Positions 1 through 10,957 of a stretch of DNA of 64,000 bases are shown here, in pieces. This DNA is from Tubulanus polymorphus (taxonomy: Eukaryota > Animalia > Nemertea): contig NW_027437453.1 of assembly GCF_964204645.1 (NCBI RefSeq), positions 38,863-102,862 on the forward strand. The letters are read 5' to 3'. The stretch's first letter is position 1. Each line of letters opens with the position of its first letter. Position numbers and translations under genes: made by a program. The notes below the pieces were generated by a model that worked only from the letters and a program-made list of their open reading frames with translations, searched no databases and was not told the DNA's origin.

Positions 1-136
1 ATAATTTCTGTGATTCATTTATATCAGTTAATTTCTTTTTCTTAGCTTTTTTTAATTCTGATGATCTTTTACCTAATTCTCTTGCCCATTTAATTTGTTT
101 CTCGGATCTAGCCTTTTTCTTAACTCCATCACTCAT
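1..136 (-). CDS. Small basic protein, partial (MSDGVKKKARSEKQIKWARELGKRSSELKKAKKKK...)
   Basis: ATG at 136 overlaps the stop of the 129..731 ORF by 8 nt; frame open to the window edge; not in the ORF track. Confidence 0.55.
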   Translation of the reverse strand, partial: MSDGVKKKARSEKQIKWARELGKRSSELKKAKKKKLTDINESQKL

Positions 137-731
137 TTATTTTAGTTAATTTTTGTTCTGATTCATTTTCTGTTTCGATGTTTTGTTGTAGTACATCTGT
201 TTCGTTCTTACCTGATTTATATTCCATATTCTTGATGTTCGAAAATGTTATGACGCCAGTAGAAATTAATGTCATAACCGATCCTAATTGGAATGAAGCA
301 TAACCGACCCATTTTTGTAATTCAGTCATAACTAAGTAGTCATTTTTCAAATCATTATATAATTTATTTTCATCATCAATTGGTATTAACTGGTTACATA
401 ACTTAGAATAACATTTGACAATACCATCTGAAATAGAATCATTTATTCTAGCTAATCTTGACTCTTCATAAATCTTAAAATATTTTATTACTTTTTCTTT
501 GTTCATATTATCTAATTCTTGAAAAGTTATTGTTTTACCAATAAACTCTTTAGTTTTTCCACTCGCAATCAATAGTTCTAGATGATGTTTACAATATAAG
601 TAGTATTCATAATCTATATTGTTATTAACTTGAATAGAATTAGTTACAACTGTATCTTTATTATCACTTATACCCAAATCATCTAATGTTTTTTCAATAT
701 CAATACTATTCTTATTAGATTTCTTTGACAT
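129..731 (-). CDS. Hypothetical 200-aa protein resembling conserved ORFs of invertebrate Polinton-like viruses
   Basis: Intact intronless ORF; LIASGKTKEFIGK..ELDNMNKEKVIKYFKIYE pattern with a hydrophobic C-terminal helix; family assignment is from recall only. Confidence 0.55.
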   Translation of the reverse strand: MSKKSNKNSIDIEKTLDDLGISDNKDTVVTNSIQVNNNIDYEYYLYCKHHLELLIASGKTKEFIGKTITFQELDNMNKEKVIKYFKIYEESRLARINDSISDGIVKCYSKLCNQLIPIDDENKLYNDLKNDYLVMTELQKWVGYASFQLGSVMTLISTGVITFSNIKNMEYKSGKNETDVLQQNIETENESEQKLTKINE

Positions 732-1034
732 TTATATTAGAGGAAAAAAGCAAAAAAAAATATTTTAAGTATTCTTCAAATGATACTAGATAGTTAAAGT
801 TAAAGAACTCTAGTATTGACTACTGATACTAGCTATTTGAATTTAAAGAATTTCTATTTGAATCTATTCAAAATATAAAGTATTCTTTTTTGAAAAGAAA
901 ATATTAAAAATATAATAGAATTCACAAGCTAGTTGAAGTTATTGTTTTTTAAATATTTTTTATTTAAAATCTATTTGATATCTCACTACTTTTGTTTATC
1001 TATTAGGAGCAGTAGTTATAACTGTCCAGATAAG

Positions 1035-1709
1035 TCATTTCGGATCCTTGATATCAAATTCCTCAACGTATTGTTCATTCTGTGGGTTACTATTCCACCA
1101 ATCAATAAATTTCCTTGCTTTATTCAACTGTTCCAAATATAATTGTAAATCTAGTTTATTAGATTTGATTTGATTTTCTTTCTTTTCTAAAGGCCTTAGA
1201 TTCTTCCAATTCCAAATAAGTTTTTTATTGTATTCATCATTCATGTTAAATTTAGATATTGGTAACACGTGATCAATATGGTAATAATCCCCATAATTAT
1301 CTATATTCATTTTATCATCGAATTGATATATTATCCATGATTTGAGAAATTCATCTGAACAACCCAATAAATTAGATAGTGTTTCTGAATGTGTTTCTTT
1401 GTTGAATAATTGTGTTAATCTAGACCTTAAGCATTGTTTCAATCTAAAATTAAGATCTGTTTGATATCTTTCTCTCATATATTCTGTCATATAATCATTA
1501 TAATGTTCTCTATTATCTTCTCGATATTGTTTGGTGTATAGTTTAGTACAAGTTTTACAACAATATTGAAAACCATCTTTGCTAATCTTACGCTTACTAA
1601 ATTCTGTTAATGATTTATCTAATTCACATTTAGAACACTTCTTGTAGTATATGTTTATAACACCAGTGTTATTTGTAATATTGATAATTTGTGGTTCTTC
1701 TGGTTCCAT
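1035..1709 (-). CDS. HNH/EndoVII-like endonuclease with N-terminal CxxC..CxxC zinc module (DNA-virus type)
   Basis: KKCSKC...CCKTC zinc motif; YHIDHVLPISKF...NLRPLEKKENQIKSNK beta-beta-alpha-metal motif. Confidence 0.8.
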   Translation of the reverse strand: MEPEEPQIINITNNTGVINIYYKKCSKCELDKSLTEFSKRKISKDGFQYCCKTCTKLYTKQYREDNREHYNDYMTEYMRERYQTDLNFRLKQCLRSRLTQLFNKETHSETLSNLLGCSDEFLKSWIIYQFDDKMNIDNYGDYYHIDHVLPISKFNMNDEYNKKLIWNWKNLRPLEKKENQIKSNKLDLQLYLEQLNKARKFIDWWNSNPQNEQYVEEFDIKDPK

Positions 1710-1867
1710 TTATTATACATATTTTTTCACTAAATTGGTTAATATTTTAGAATCCTCTTCCATTTCTTCGACCAACGTCATCCTTTTTCATTCTTCGTTG
1801 CTTTTGATAAGTTGTTTCGATTCCTTGATATCTAAATAATACCACTGGGCAAAACCGCTCTTATAGG

Positions 1868-2115
1868 AGCGCTTTTGCTTAATGCGCATGCGTTAATCAT
1901 AATTATATATTCATTCTGTAAATTCTGTAAAATAGAAACGACCGACATAAAATATCAAAACGTGTTCGCATTAAGCAAACCGCGCATTCATGCGCGCTTT
2001 TGCTTAATGCGCATGCGCTAATCATAATTGAAACGAATTATTATTGAAACGACTGAACATAAAAATTCACCAAACAGATTTACACAATACATTATACAAT
2101 TTGTTCAGTCGTTTC
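1868..2115. promoter_or_regulatory. Cluster of direct and inverted repeats inside the virus-like arm
   Basis: ~36-bp direct repeat GCGCTTTTGCTTAATGCGCATGCG(T/C)TAATCATAATT at ~1868 and ~1994; hairpin at 1967-2011; 14-bp inverted repeat at 2046-2059/2102-2115. Confidence 0.5.
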
Positions 2116-2824
2116 TTCCAATACATCATTTGATTTCTATAAATACAATTTATAATTACAAACATTTTTTCAATTGCTGGTAAATATTTAACTACATCAA
2201 CAAATGTTAAACTTAATCATTGGAGTCTTAATGTTTTTGAAATTCTTATATAGTTTCTTCGACGATCTTTTGGCGATTCTTGTGTTTCTTGTGCTAATTT
2301 CTATTGGTTCGATATCCATTGCTGTTGATTCCTCAGTCAGAAAGAGTATCTTGAGTTTCTCTATCACTTCTTGATGCGTATGGCGTTTTATTAATCTAAA
2401 AGATATTAGCGGTAACTCTAGCTATCTAAAAGATATACTAAATACACTTAAATATATCTAAAGGTTTCATATTTAATAGTCTTAATAACTACAACAAACA
2501 GTACTTACATTTAGATTTATAATTGTAAACTATAAACTCCTAATTTCGTTTCGAAAGATAGAATATCCTGAGCACAATATTACAACGTATATCCATTTCC
2601 GGGGCGATTTCTAGAATGAACACGTCGTTGATTATGCCACGTCATCTAGTTCGGGTTTAGAGTGTTCTACACGTTTCTGATTATGACGCGTCATAATGTC
2701 TCGTCGTTATAGTAACAACTGTAACAGCTGTGAATTTATAGATTTATTCTATAGCTCTGTATATTGAATGTATATAGGCTAAAATAGAATCATTTTCTAG
2801 TATAAACATCATATCCTCAATGTA

Positions 2825-3016
2825 TTATTCATTATTTGGATCAGTGTTCCATAATTCAATAAATTTCTTTCCTTTTGTTAACTGTTCTGAATATAACTGT
2901 AAATATTCTAGTTTCAATTTATTCTCTAAATGTGTTATAGTTTTATTGTGTCTTGCTTTTTGAGACTTATCTATATTTATCTTACATGTTGGGCAGTAGT
3001 ACTTATTTGCTTCCAT
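2825..3016 (-). CDS. 63-aa C2H2-like zinc-finger protein
   Basis: YYCPTC...RHNKTITH; C-terminal tail homologous to that of the HNH ORF. Confidence 0.55.
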   Translation of the reverse strand: MEANKYYCPTCKINIDKSQKARHNKTITHLENKLKLEYLQLYSEQLTKGKKFIELWNTDPNNE

Positions 3017-3100
3017 TTTAATACTATATTTTTTATTAAAATTGATTTTAGAAGTTCAATGATTTAAATGTTATTCATATATATATGAATATTTTAAGAG

Positions 3101-3364
3101 TAATAGGGATAATAGGCTTTCAAGCTAAAGGTTGAACGGGCGGGTGAGTAAAAATGAAAAACATAAAAATAATAACAATTTCTACTTGAATTAGGAGTGA
3201 AACTCATGAAAATGAAAAATAAATTCGAGCGTGTGAGAATTTATTTTTCATTTTTATGAGTTTCGCGAGTAATTCAAGTAGAAATTGTTATTATTTTTAT
3301 GTTTTTCATTTTTTAACGAGCTCGACCGTTCGACCTTTGGCTTGAAAGCCTATTATCCCTATTA
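3101..3364 (+). repeat. 264-bp imperfect palindrome (hairpin): arms ~126/128 nt, 10-nt loop
   Basis: TAATAGGGATAATAGGCTTTCAAGC...GCTTGAAAGCCTATTATCCCTATTA; arms 3101-3226 and 3237-3364. Confidence 0.95.
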
Positions 3365-3787
3365 GTGTTGTGTATTTTGTTAGTAGCTGGGTGTGTGCAA
3401 AACAAAGCATTCAGGGTCCAAGTTCAAATTCTGTCAAAGAAATGATTTTATTTCTTTAGTTTGGTTTGCTTCTTTATTAACGAAATTAATTGAATATCCG
3501 TTTGGTTGAATGACAGGACTTCATTTCATCTGATCTCTATTCTTGTGTAGGCCTATAGGCAATAACGAGCGTCAGGAAATAAACAGTCAATCTTTACTAC
3601 AATGCTGCATCAGTGCTTTGACTTATATTATAAATCTCCAGCAATAATTTATCATATGTATATGGAGATGATGATGCCCGCACAAATACCCGTGCCTAAA
3701 TCCGTATTATCGGGGTACTAAATGGTCTGATCGCTTTTGTTTTATATGGCGAATTAATCGAATTCAATCGAAAAACATACCCCAAGC

Positions 3788-3823
3788 AATATTGTTTCTG
3801 AAGTATACTTCAGAAACAATATT
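3788..3823. repeat. Perfect 36-bp spacerless palindrome
   Basis: AATATTGTTTCTGAAGTA|TACTTCAGAAACAATATT. Confidence 0.95.
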
Positions 3824-5825
3824 CTTTATTATTCTCAATTATCATTTGATCACTGTCACCTAAAGTTGATAAACAAGGTTATGAAATTGTAATTCTGATC
3901 GTAGTATTTAATTCGACGTAAGGATTGCATACTGCAGAGATTGGGAAACAGTGGAAACATGCAATATTTTAGAAACCCGTGGATAATATTTTTTACAACG
4001 GTGTTGAGGAATATATATATGTAAAATCATTGAATTTAGGTTAAATAGACATTATTCATTTTCACGTGACCTTTATTAGCCAATTGTCTTATTCTATGGG
4101 CTGAGGTTCGAATCTAATCAACAACTCGTACTCCTAGAATCAAAATATCCTCAAGTTATCATTCCTTAAAATGATTCGTGTGCTTCGCTAGCGTTCGCAG
4201 TACACTTTGAAGGGATTACTGTCGATCATCTAGTGCTCAGTAGAAATAGTAACATCGATAAATGTTTTTCTTAATCAAGATGAGAATCATCGATTAACAT
4301 GTTATGAAATTCAATTTGGAAGGGCTAGATTTTTATGTGGCGGATTATTACCCGTTACCCGGATAGACTCACGCTTATAAATCAACAACCGTATTAATGC
4401 GTTAACTTACTTGATAAATACATATTCAAATAATATCAGATTGCATAGACCTGCAATGGGCTCGATAACTAAATTATGTCTATTAATGTATATCGTGTAT
4501 TATTAATCTATAAATACAATCTTCGAAATTGAAGGTACAGTATTTGCCTAAAGATGTTCATTGCACATTTTAGATATCATCGTTTTTGATAGTGTGGTTT
4601 TTTCTATTTTCTCGAAAGACATGAAACAAAATGTAGAGATGTATTCGGATTTTTGTAGGTCCATTTTAATTGCAAAGCAGAGTACTGGATATTGGATCCC
4701 GTTGACTATTGACCTCCTCAGTTGTTTTTGTTATAGCGAGCCCATGGTGCAACTATGGCGATATCCTCTTGTTTGTGTATAAGGTAAAAGGCTTCAAATA
4801 GAAATGGCACAATTTATTTTGGGATGGATTAGAACTAAGTATTCTTGAGAGCACTTGAGAGCGGCTGAACGAGCAACCCTATTAGTTTATACAGTGAGAC
4901 CATCACCTAAACTGTCTCCTATGCGATCTTTCTGTAGGTTCATTGGCATAGATTTATCAAATACTGGTTGGACCACATGAAAAAATAATTTCTTTACTAG
5001 AATTTAGGGTGTAGGAGTCAGCACTCACACCCTATTTTTCATAGACTAGTTTTCATTACCGATACCTTTAATCTGTGTCGCATTAGACTGATCGATTTCA
5101 CTATTATCTTAACCGTAGCGTGCCTATATAGTCTATGTGTTAATATTAACTTTCGGACTATTAATTCATTGAAAACGAGAGCAGAAAAAACACAGTCAAT
5201 ATGGCTCAGTTATTTCAGAATTTCAAAGTAGGCCTATATATAATTATATAATGCCGACACTAAAAGCCCCAGATCGTTGCTTGCTGGTGCAGGTTGAATG
5301 GAATTATTTACTGAACTGGAATTTCCTAACTGGATGTTTTATATAAACTGAAATTTCAGTGAATCTGCGATAATCCATACATAGAATATTCGTTACCCCG
5401 AATTTTGACTTCAAAATCCGAGCCCGTAATTCAGTCCCGGCAGGAGTGGTGGGTTAGTAGGGACACACCAAATAAATAAGAGATAAGCTCTGAATAATGT
5501 TGAAGGTATTAAAATGATAACAAGATGACGACAGCGATTCCGATCTCAAAAGCCTATTTCAGGACTTTGAAACCCGTGAGGTTTGTTCCTATACCATATG
5601 CGTTGCCCGATTATGAGACAGATATCAGAAGATATTAAATGAGGACTTATGAATCAGGCATTAAAATCCATTTTTTTCAAATACTATAAAGTTAATTCTT
5701 CAACTGGAGGTAACTCAACTGTTCAAAGACTGTTCTGACAAAAATTGTTCTGCTGGTACAAGTACATTTATTCATGTTCACGGTCAACGTCAATAGAACA
5801 AATAGCTCACTAATATCACTGCATC

Positions 5826-8418
5826 GTGTCAATGTGAAATGTTTCACATATTATTTGATATATTTTCATGATATAGAATATCCATTCTATTTGTTTTGTT
5901 GTATGAAACCGGAACGTTCAATCATAAGTCCAATCTAATTGGCTCATACTCATAACAATGATAATCATATCTAATTTAACTCATTGTGATCGAAACTCAC
6001 TGAACATAGGCCTATTATTTAGATAAAACGAAACTTGCTTAAACTAGTGGATTAACATAGTGGATTTTCCATCTGAGTTCTATAAGGGTTTCTATTTTCA
6101 AGAAAATGAACAATTGAATCAAACGACCAATTGTAATTACTATACGAAAATTAAAATATCATTTGGTTTAATCTGATCACACCATTCTCGCATCAGAATT
6201 ACCACGAGCACCGGCTAAAACTATTAATCTAAATGTGATATTTCTTAGTGATGACACAACTATTTCGAATCAGTTGCAATGCCGCCTACTACTGGCCTGA
6301 TAATTCACATTATTTTGTAAATAACTTTCACATGGTTCGCTCTTTCTTCGAGACCATGCATTTGACCGCTGTAAAGACTTTCTTTGTAGGCCTATACTAG
6401 AGCATTTTATTTATAATTCCGTAACATTAGGACATAAAGCTATATAGACCGATAGCGACCAGGCCATTCCGTCTACCCGATAATACCTATTGCACATGGA
6501 CACTTAAACGAACTTCAATAATACACGCACTATACATCACTGCTGGATATTAAGAACACTTAAAAGTCAGTGTATACATTGAACATTCTCAGATTCGTGA
6601 TTATTTGCTACTTATGTCCTTTCTAGCTATTACATGGGCATATACAAATCATCTTTGTTATCGATTGAAGGTGATATGGGATGGCTACCGGTATTTATTA
6701 GGCATCGTATTGAGGTTTTGCGCCTATGGTTTCGTCTTTGTAATATGCCAGATACTAGATTAACCAAACATTTGTTTCTCTATGATGATGAACAGGCCTT
6801 TATTGGCAAAGCTAATTGGTGTTCATTCGTCAAGTCAGTTCTAACTGAATGTAATATGGAATATTTTTATGAGAACATCTATTCTAAATACCCATCAAAT
6901 CAAAAAGGTTTTGAATGATATTAGAATAATTTTATATAGAAACTATGCAATAACGTGGTCAAGAAATGTTCCTCTGCAATCAAAACTCCGTACTTATACC
7001 GTACTTAAGCCAAAATTTGGAACAGAAGACTATGTCAAATTACACACATCACGTTCAAACCGCTCCACAATAGCAAGGTTAAGAAATGGTACTTTCCCCT
7101 TGAACATAGAACTAGGTCGCTACCGTAATTTGCCAATTGAACAATATGTGTTGCATGTACAGCGAATGAAGTTGAAACAGAGGAACATTTCTTGTGCACT
7201 TGCTACAAATACGTTGATCTACGTAATGACCTCTTTTCTAAGATCAATGGTATCCTAGAACTAGATATCAATCTTTTGTCTAATGCCGTAAAAACTAAAA
7301 TTCTACTAAGTAATAGTCGTATCGTAAGTGTTTGCGGATTCATATCAGCCGCAATGAAACTTCGAAATTCTAAATTCTTTATTCTTAATCCAATGTCACA
7401 TGTTTGTTGTACTTGTAAATGTCAATGTGTCTTGTAAGCCTTATTATAGGCTGGCTTGTTTATCGAGATGACACGTTAATAAATATATATATTTATATAC
7501 ACTAATACAGATAAAAGAGCTGACATTCTATCTTTAATTAGTATTCAATCACCATCACTCTCATATAGCAATAGATCCGCTCGCGTATTGTGAATCACTT
7601 TGAAAATAACCCGACAGTGGAAAAAGTATAATACACTGTGTCATAAAAGATCCAGTTGCGAGACGATACTGCGATTCAGCTAAACAACTTTTCCATCAAC
7701 CCGTTAATAGAAATAAAAGCAAAAGTACATTTAGAATATATCAAAAACATCTGAATGTTTTGCTTTGCATGCTAGTAACAAAATAGATAACTGATTAGTG
7801 TTGAACCAGTTCCTTTAGGAATAAAATGAAAAGCTTATTTTGTGGTAGTAGTTCATGTCACGTAAATTCTGTTATGGCTTGTTTAACTGAAAACTTTAAT
7901 AATATCTATAATGCTGGGTATATATATATACACGTACGTGGGTAAGATGATAATTGTTCCGTATAATTTCCTACCGGTAAACTTTTATTCATTTATCAAA
8001 AGTTTTATTAATTCAATTTCGTGGGCGATTCCTTGGCGGGTTTTGAATATTAACGTCGTGTCAAAATGAGGTCCGCAAATTATTTGAGTAATTGAGTCTA
8101 TTGGGTCATGGTGGAGATGGGAAATTATCGAAGGCTGGGATTCCGACATTCCATGTCAAAATGAGTTCCCGGAACTCACTGTTGCTGGGTTTTTGGAAAC
8201 GCTCGCCATCGAGGATGGGAATTTGATTATACTGGTGTCCGTTTTGTGCAAATCAATGACATAATAACCCAACATCGCCTATTCTAAGCCGGCTTGAAAA
8301 TGAGGTTAAGTGGTTCCCGTGGCTTCAATTCAAAGAAAACAGGTTTTCATCTACTTCAAAATTAAGCCGAAAACAGGGAAATTAACTGTATTTTCCTTAT
8401 TTGTCGCATACACCCTTT
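5826..8418 (+). repeat. Segmental duplicate, copy 1 (matches 18662-20409; carries a LINE insertion)
   Basis: Highly similar from GTGTCAATG to TTGTCGCATACACCCTTT in both copies. Confidence 0.92.
6647..7494 (+). mobile_element. 5'-truncated non-LTR retrotransposon (ORF2 C-terminus, RTE-X/CR1-L2-type), frameshifted
   Basis: GDMGW..RLWFRL..KLRTY..ARLRNG..LNIELGRY..C..C..EEHFLC motifs across three frames; AATAAA and (TA)n tail; ATATACA duplicated at 6640-6646 and 7495-7501; empty site at ~19471. Confidence 0.88.
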
Positions 8419-9779
8419 GAAACGTTACTGAAAAAAATTCAATTTATTACTGATACCACTTTTCAGAGGTTGGCAGCCCTGCGTATACATACATTGGATT
8501 CAGAAGACGCTCATTTCTTTTGACATGTAACACTATTATTGGGCACTTGATTATGTAACTGTAATTGAATATACTATAAATTGCATTAAGGGAAAAATGA
8601 GGTTTATTCAATTAACATTCGATTCGTGTAACATGAGTGGATGGTTTTTCGAGCATGTGCATGCATTGTAAATTTGAATTATGAAACACAATAAAAACCA
8701 CCAACAAATTGATTGATATTTCGATTTTGTCTTGAAACATTTTGGTTATCGTTGGCCGGATGGATTTCCTCATTTTTCAGTCGGTGACTTTCGGTGGTCG
8801 CGGTAGTTTACAAAGAAAAAGACGATCAAGCCGCTTTTTGAAAAATTATTCAGCTGTTCCAAACTGGATTCACAAGTTCCGACAAGCAGAAAGTACATGC
8901 TTCACAAAGATAGCAGTACCTAGTGTATTATATAGAAATATCCCCAAAAAGCATATTCTAGATGATGAAACCCTAGTTCGAACTTTGGAATGCCGGTATC
9001 GAGCAGAAATATTGTTATGATAAACATTTTGGCGTTTGATGATGTCTAAATTATGGAGGCAGCAATCTTACATCACAATTTCTGTTCCTTTATCTCATTT
9101 CCGCAGTCCTTCCAAGATTGTATCTGAACAATACTCCAATAAAAGGAATAAATTCAAAATGCTTAAGTGATTAGGAAAAAAGGCCTATACACTGAAATGA
9201 ACCGTGTTAGATTCACATGCGAGTCACATTCTCACCAGCCGGGAGAAAAAAGAGGTTAAACAAAGCAGCACAATAAATCGAACCCATGATAATTTAGTTG
9301 GCGATGCTTTAGTCGAAAGTAACTTGAATTTCACAATCGGAATCAGATTTGAATAAAGGTTAATTAAGTTTTATTAGTCGCCAAGTATACCTTGCGACTT
9401 AATATGTGTAAGATGAAATCGGTGTGACCTAATTTCACTGTGCATAGTACATCTAGAAAATGGGATTCTTGTTTATCGCCCTGTCGCTCGGTGTTGTGAA
9501 CTGTCAAGTTTGATTAATTCGTAATTAGTGCACGGGCAAGACTAGTGTGGCAGGGTTTCTCAGCCGCGGCTGAGTCGTATACCGATGCCATCAGGTTCGA
9601 ATCGAGGTTCGAGATTCGAATCAGGTTCGCCGAGGGATAATGACATGAGGCATTTTTGAGACATATGTGGTTTAAGTCGGCCAGCCCCGTCGTTTTGTGG
9701 AGCCCACATCGCCCTGAACCTTCAATTTGAACACCCGTTACAACATACAACATGTCCTGTCCAATTAGAAAATGGGATT

Positions 9780-10743
9780 GAGTAGAAATTTCGGCGCTAG
9801 TCCAGTATACGACATTATAGTGCGTGTGTAGAGTTACACAGCGTTCTTCGGTCAGTGTTAACAGCGTTTGACAGTTGACAGTTGACAGTTAGAGTAAACG
9901 ACGAGACGAGCTGGCAACCTGTCAACCATGACTGCAGTGTGGCTTTTATTTCATCTGCCTTTTGCTGATATTTTTCTTCATTATAGATTGTCATTGTTTA
10001 TCATATATGCATTGTGTAAGAATCATAAGGTTGCGGATGACATAGGCCTATATATGTTTAATATTTCGAAAATACCAAAAAAGGTACATGAATAAAATTG
10101 CAAATCTATTTCCGGGGCACATTCGCATATACTTTAGCAATTTCACTGTCAAAACAGGCAAGTTCATGCGTGAATAAGCGTCCCCATATTTACCTATTTA
10201 AGTTCATGCTGCATTGAGCGTTACGTTATTTTGGTATAAAAACGAAATATCAACAACCAATCTGTCAGCACAGATAGCAGCTGATTCAAGCATGAAGCGT
10301 GTAGGGTGTCATCTGTCAACCGTCCTGTGGGGTCGTCACCTAACTGGTGTGTTGGGTGTCCACCTGTCAACCTTCCTGTGGAGTCGTCACCTAACTGGTG
10401 TGTAGGGTGTCATCTGTCTACCGTCCTGTGGAGTCGTCACCTAACTGGTGTGTAGGGTGTCATCTGTCAACCGTCCTGTGGAGTCGTCACCTAACTGGTG
10501 TGTTGGGTGTCACCTGTAAACCGTCATTTAGAGTCATCGCCCTAGTATGTAAGGTGTCGCGTGCCATCAGCTGTAGAATATGGATCCCAATCAAGGAATC
10601 TATTTTCATGAAACTTCTTTTAGTTCCATATTACTACGCTTTCATATTTCAGCTTGCGCATTAATTCCCCGATTTACTCCAAAAGTATCTCTACACGTTG
10701 CACTATAATGTCGTATATCGGACTTGGGCAGAAATTTCTTCTC
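9780..10743. mobile_element. Non-autonomous TIR element (~54-bp imperfect TIRs) with an internal minisatellite
   Basis: 9780-9833 is approximately the reverse complement of 10689-10743 (core TATACGACATTATAGTGC). Confidence 0.65.
10300..10545 (+). repeat. 50-bp tandem repeat, ~4.5 copies
   Basis: TGTAGGGTGTCATCTGTCAACCGTCCTGTGGAGTCGTCACCTAACTGGTG units. Confidence 0.9.
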
Positions 10744-10821
10744 CCCGTCGCGCTTTGAGAAAATTTCGCTGTTATTTGAGAGAGGAAAAAGATTTCAGTG
10801 AGACTTTTAGAGTTAAGTTTT

Positions 10822-10957
10822 GGCCGGTTCCATACTCATCGCTTAGACTTAAGACCAGTCTAAGACTATCTTAGTTCTATAGCTAATCTAACAGCTTAAA
10901 ACCAGTCTTAAGATTTAAGACCACTTTTGGACTTAAGTCTCGACTATGGAACCGGCC
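10822..10957. mobile_element. MITE with 13-bp TIRs
   Basis: GGCCGGTTCCATA...TATGGAACCGGCC, with internal CTTAAGAC repeats. Confidence 0.7.

Larger units (their letters stand above)
1..3364 (-). mobile_element. Arm of an endogenous virus-like element (Polinton/adintovirus/MELD-like gene style) ending in a long hairpin; continues beyond the left edge of the window
   Basis: Very AT-rich, intronless, co-oriented ORFs, two of which overlap; DNA-virus-type HNH nuclease and zinc-finger ORF; hairpin at 3101-3364 with a homolog at 41726-41883. Confidence 0.6.

Noticed and set aside
9590-9630. GGTTCGAATC B-box cluster as a tRNA or SINE
   Set aside because: No A box or cloverleaf; looks like a short local duplication.
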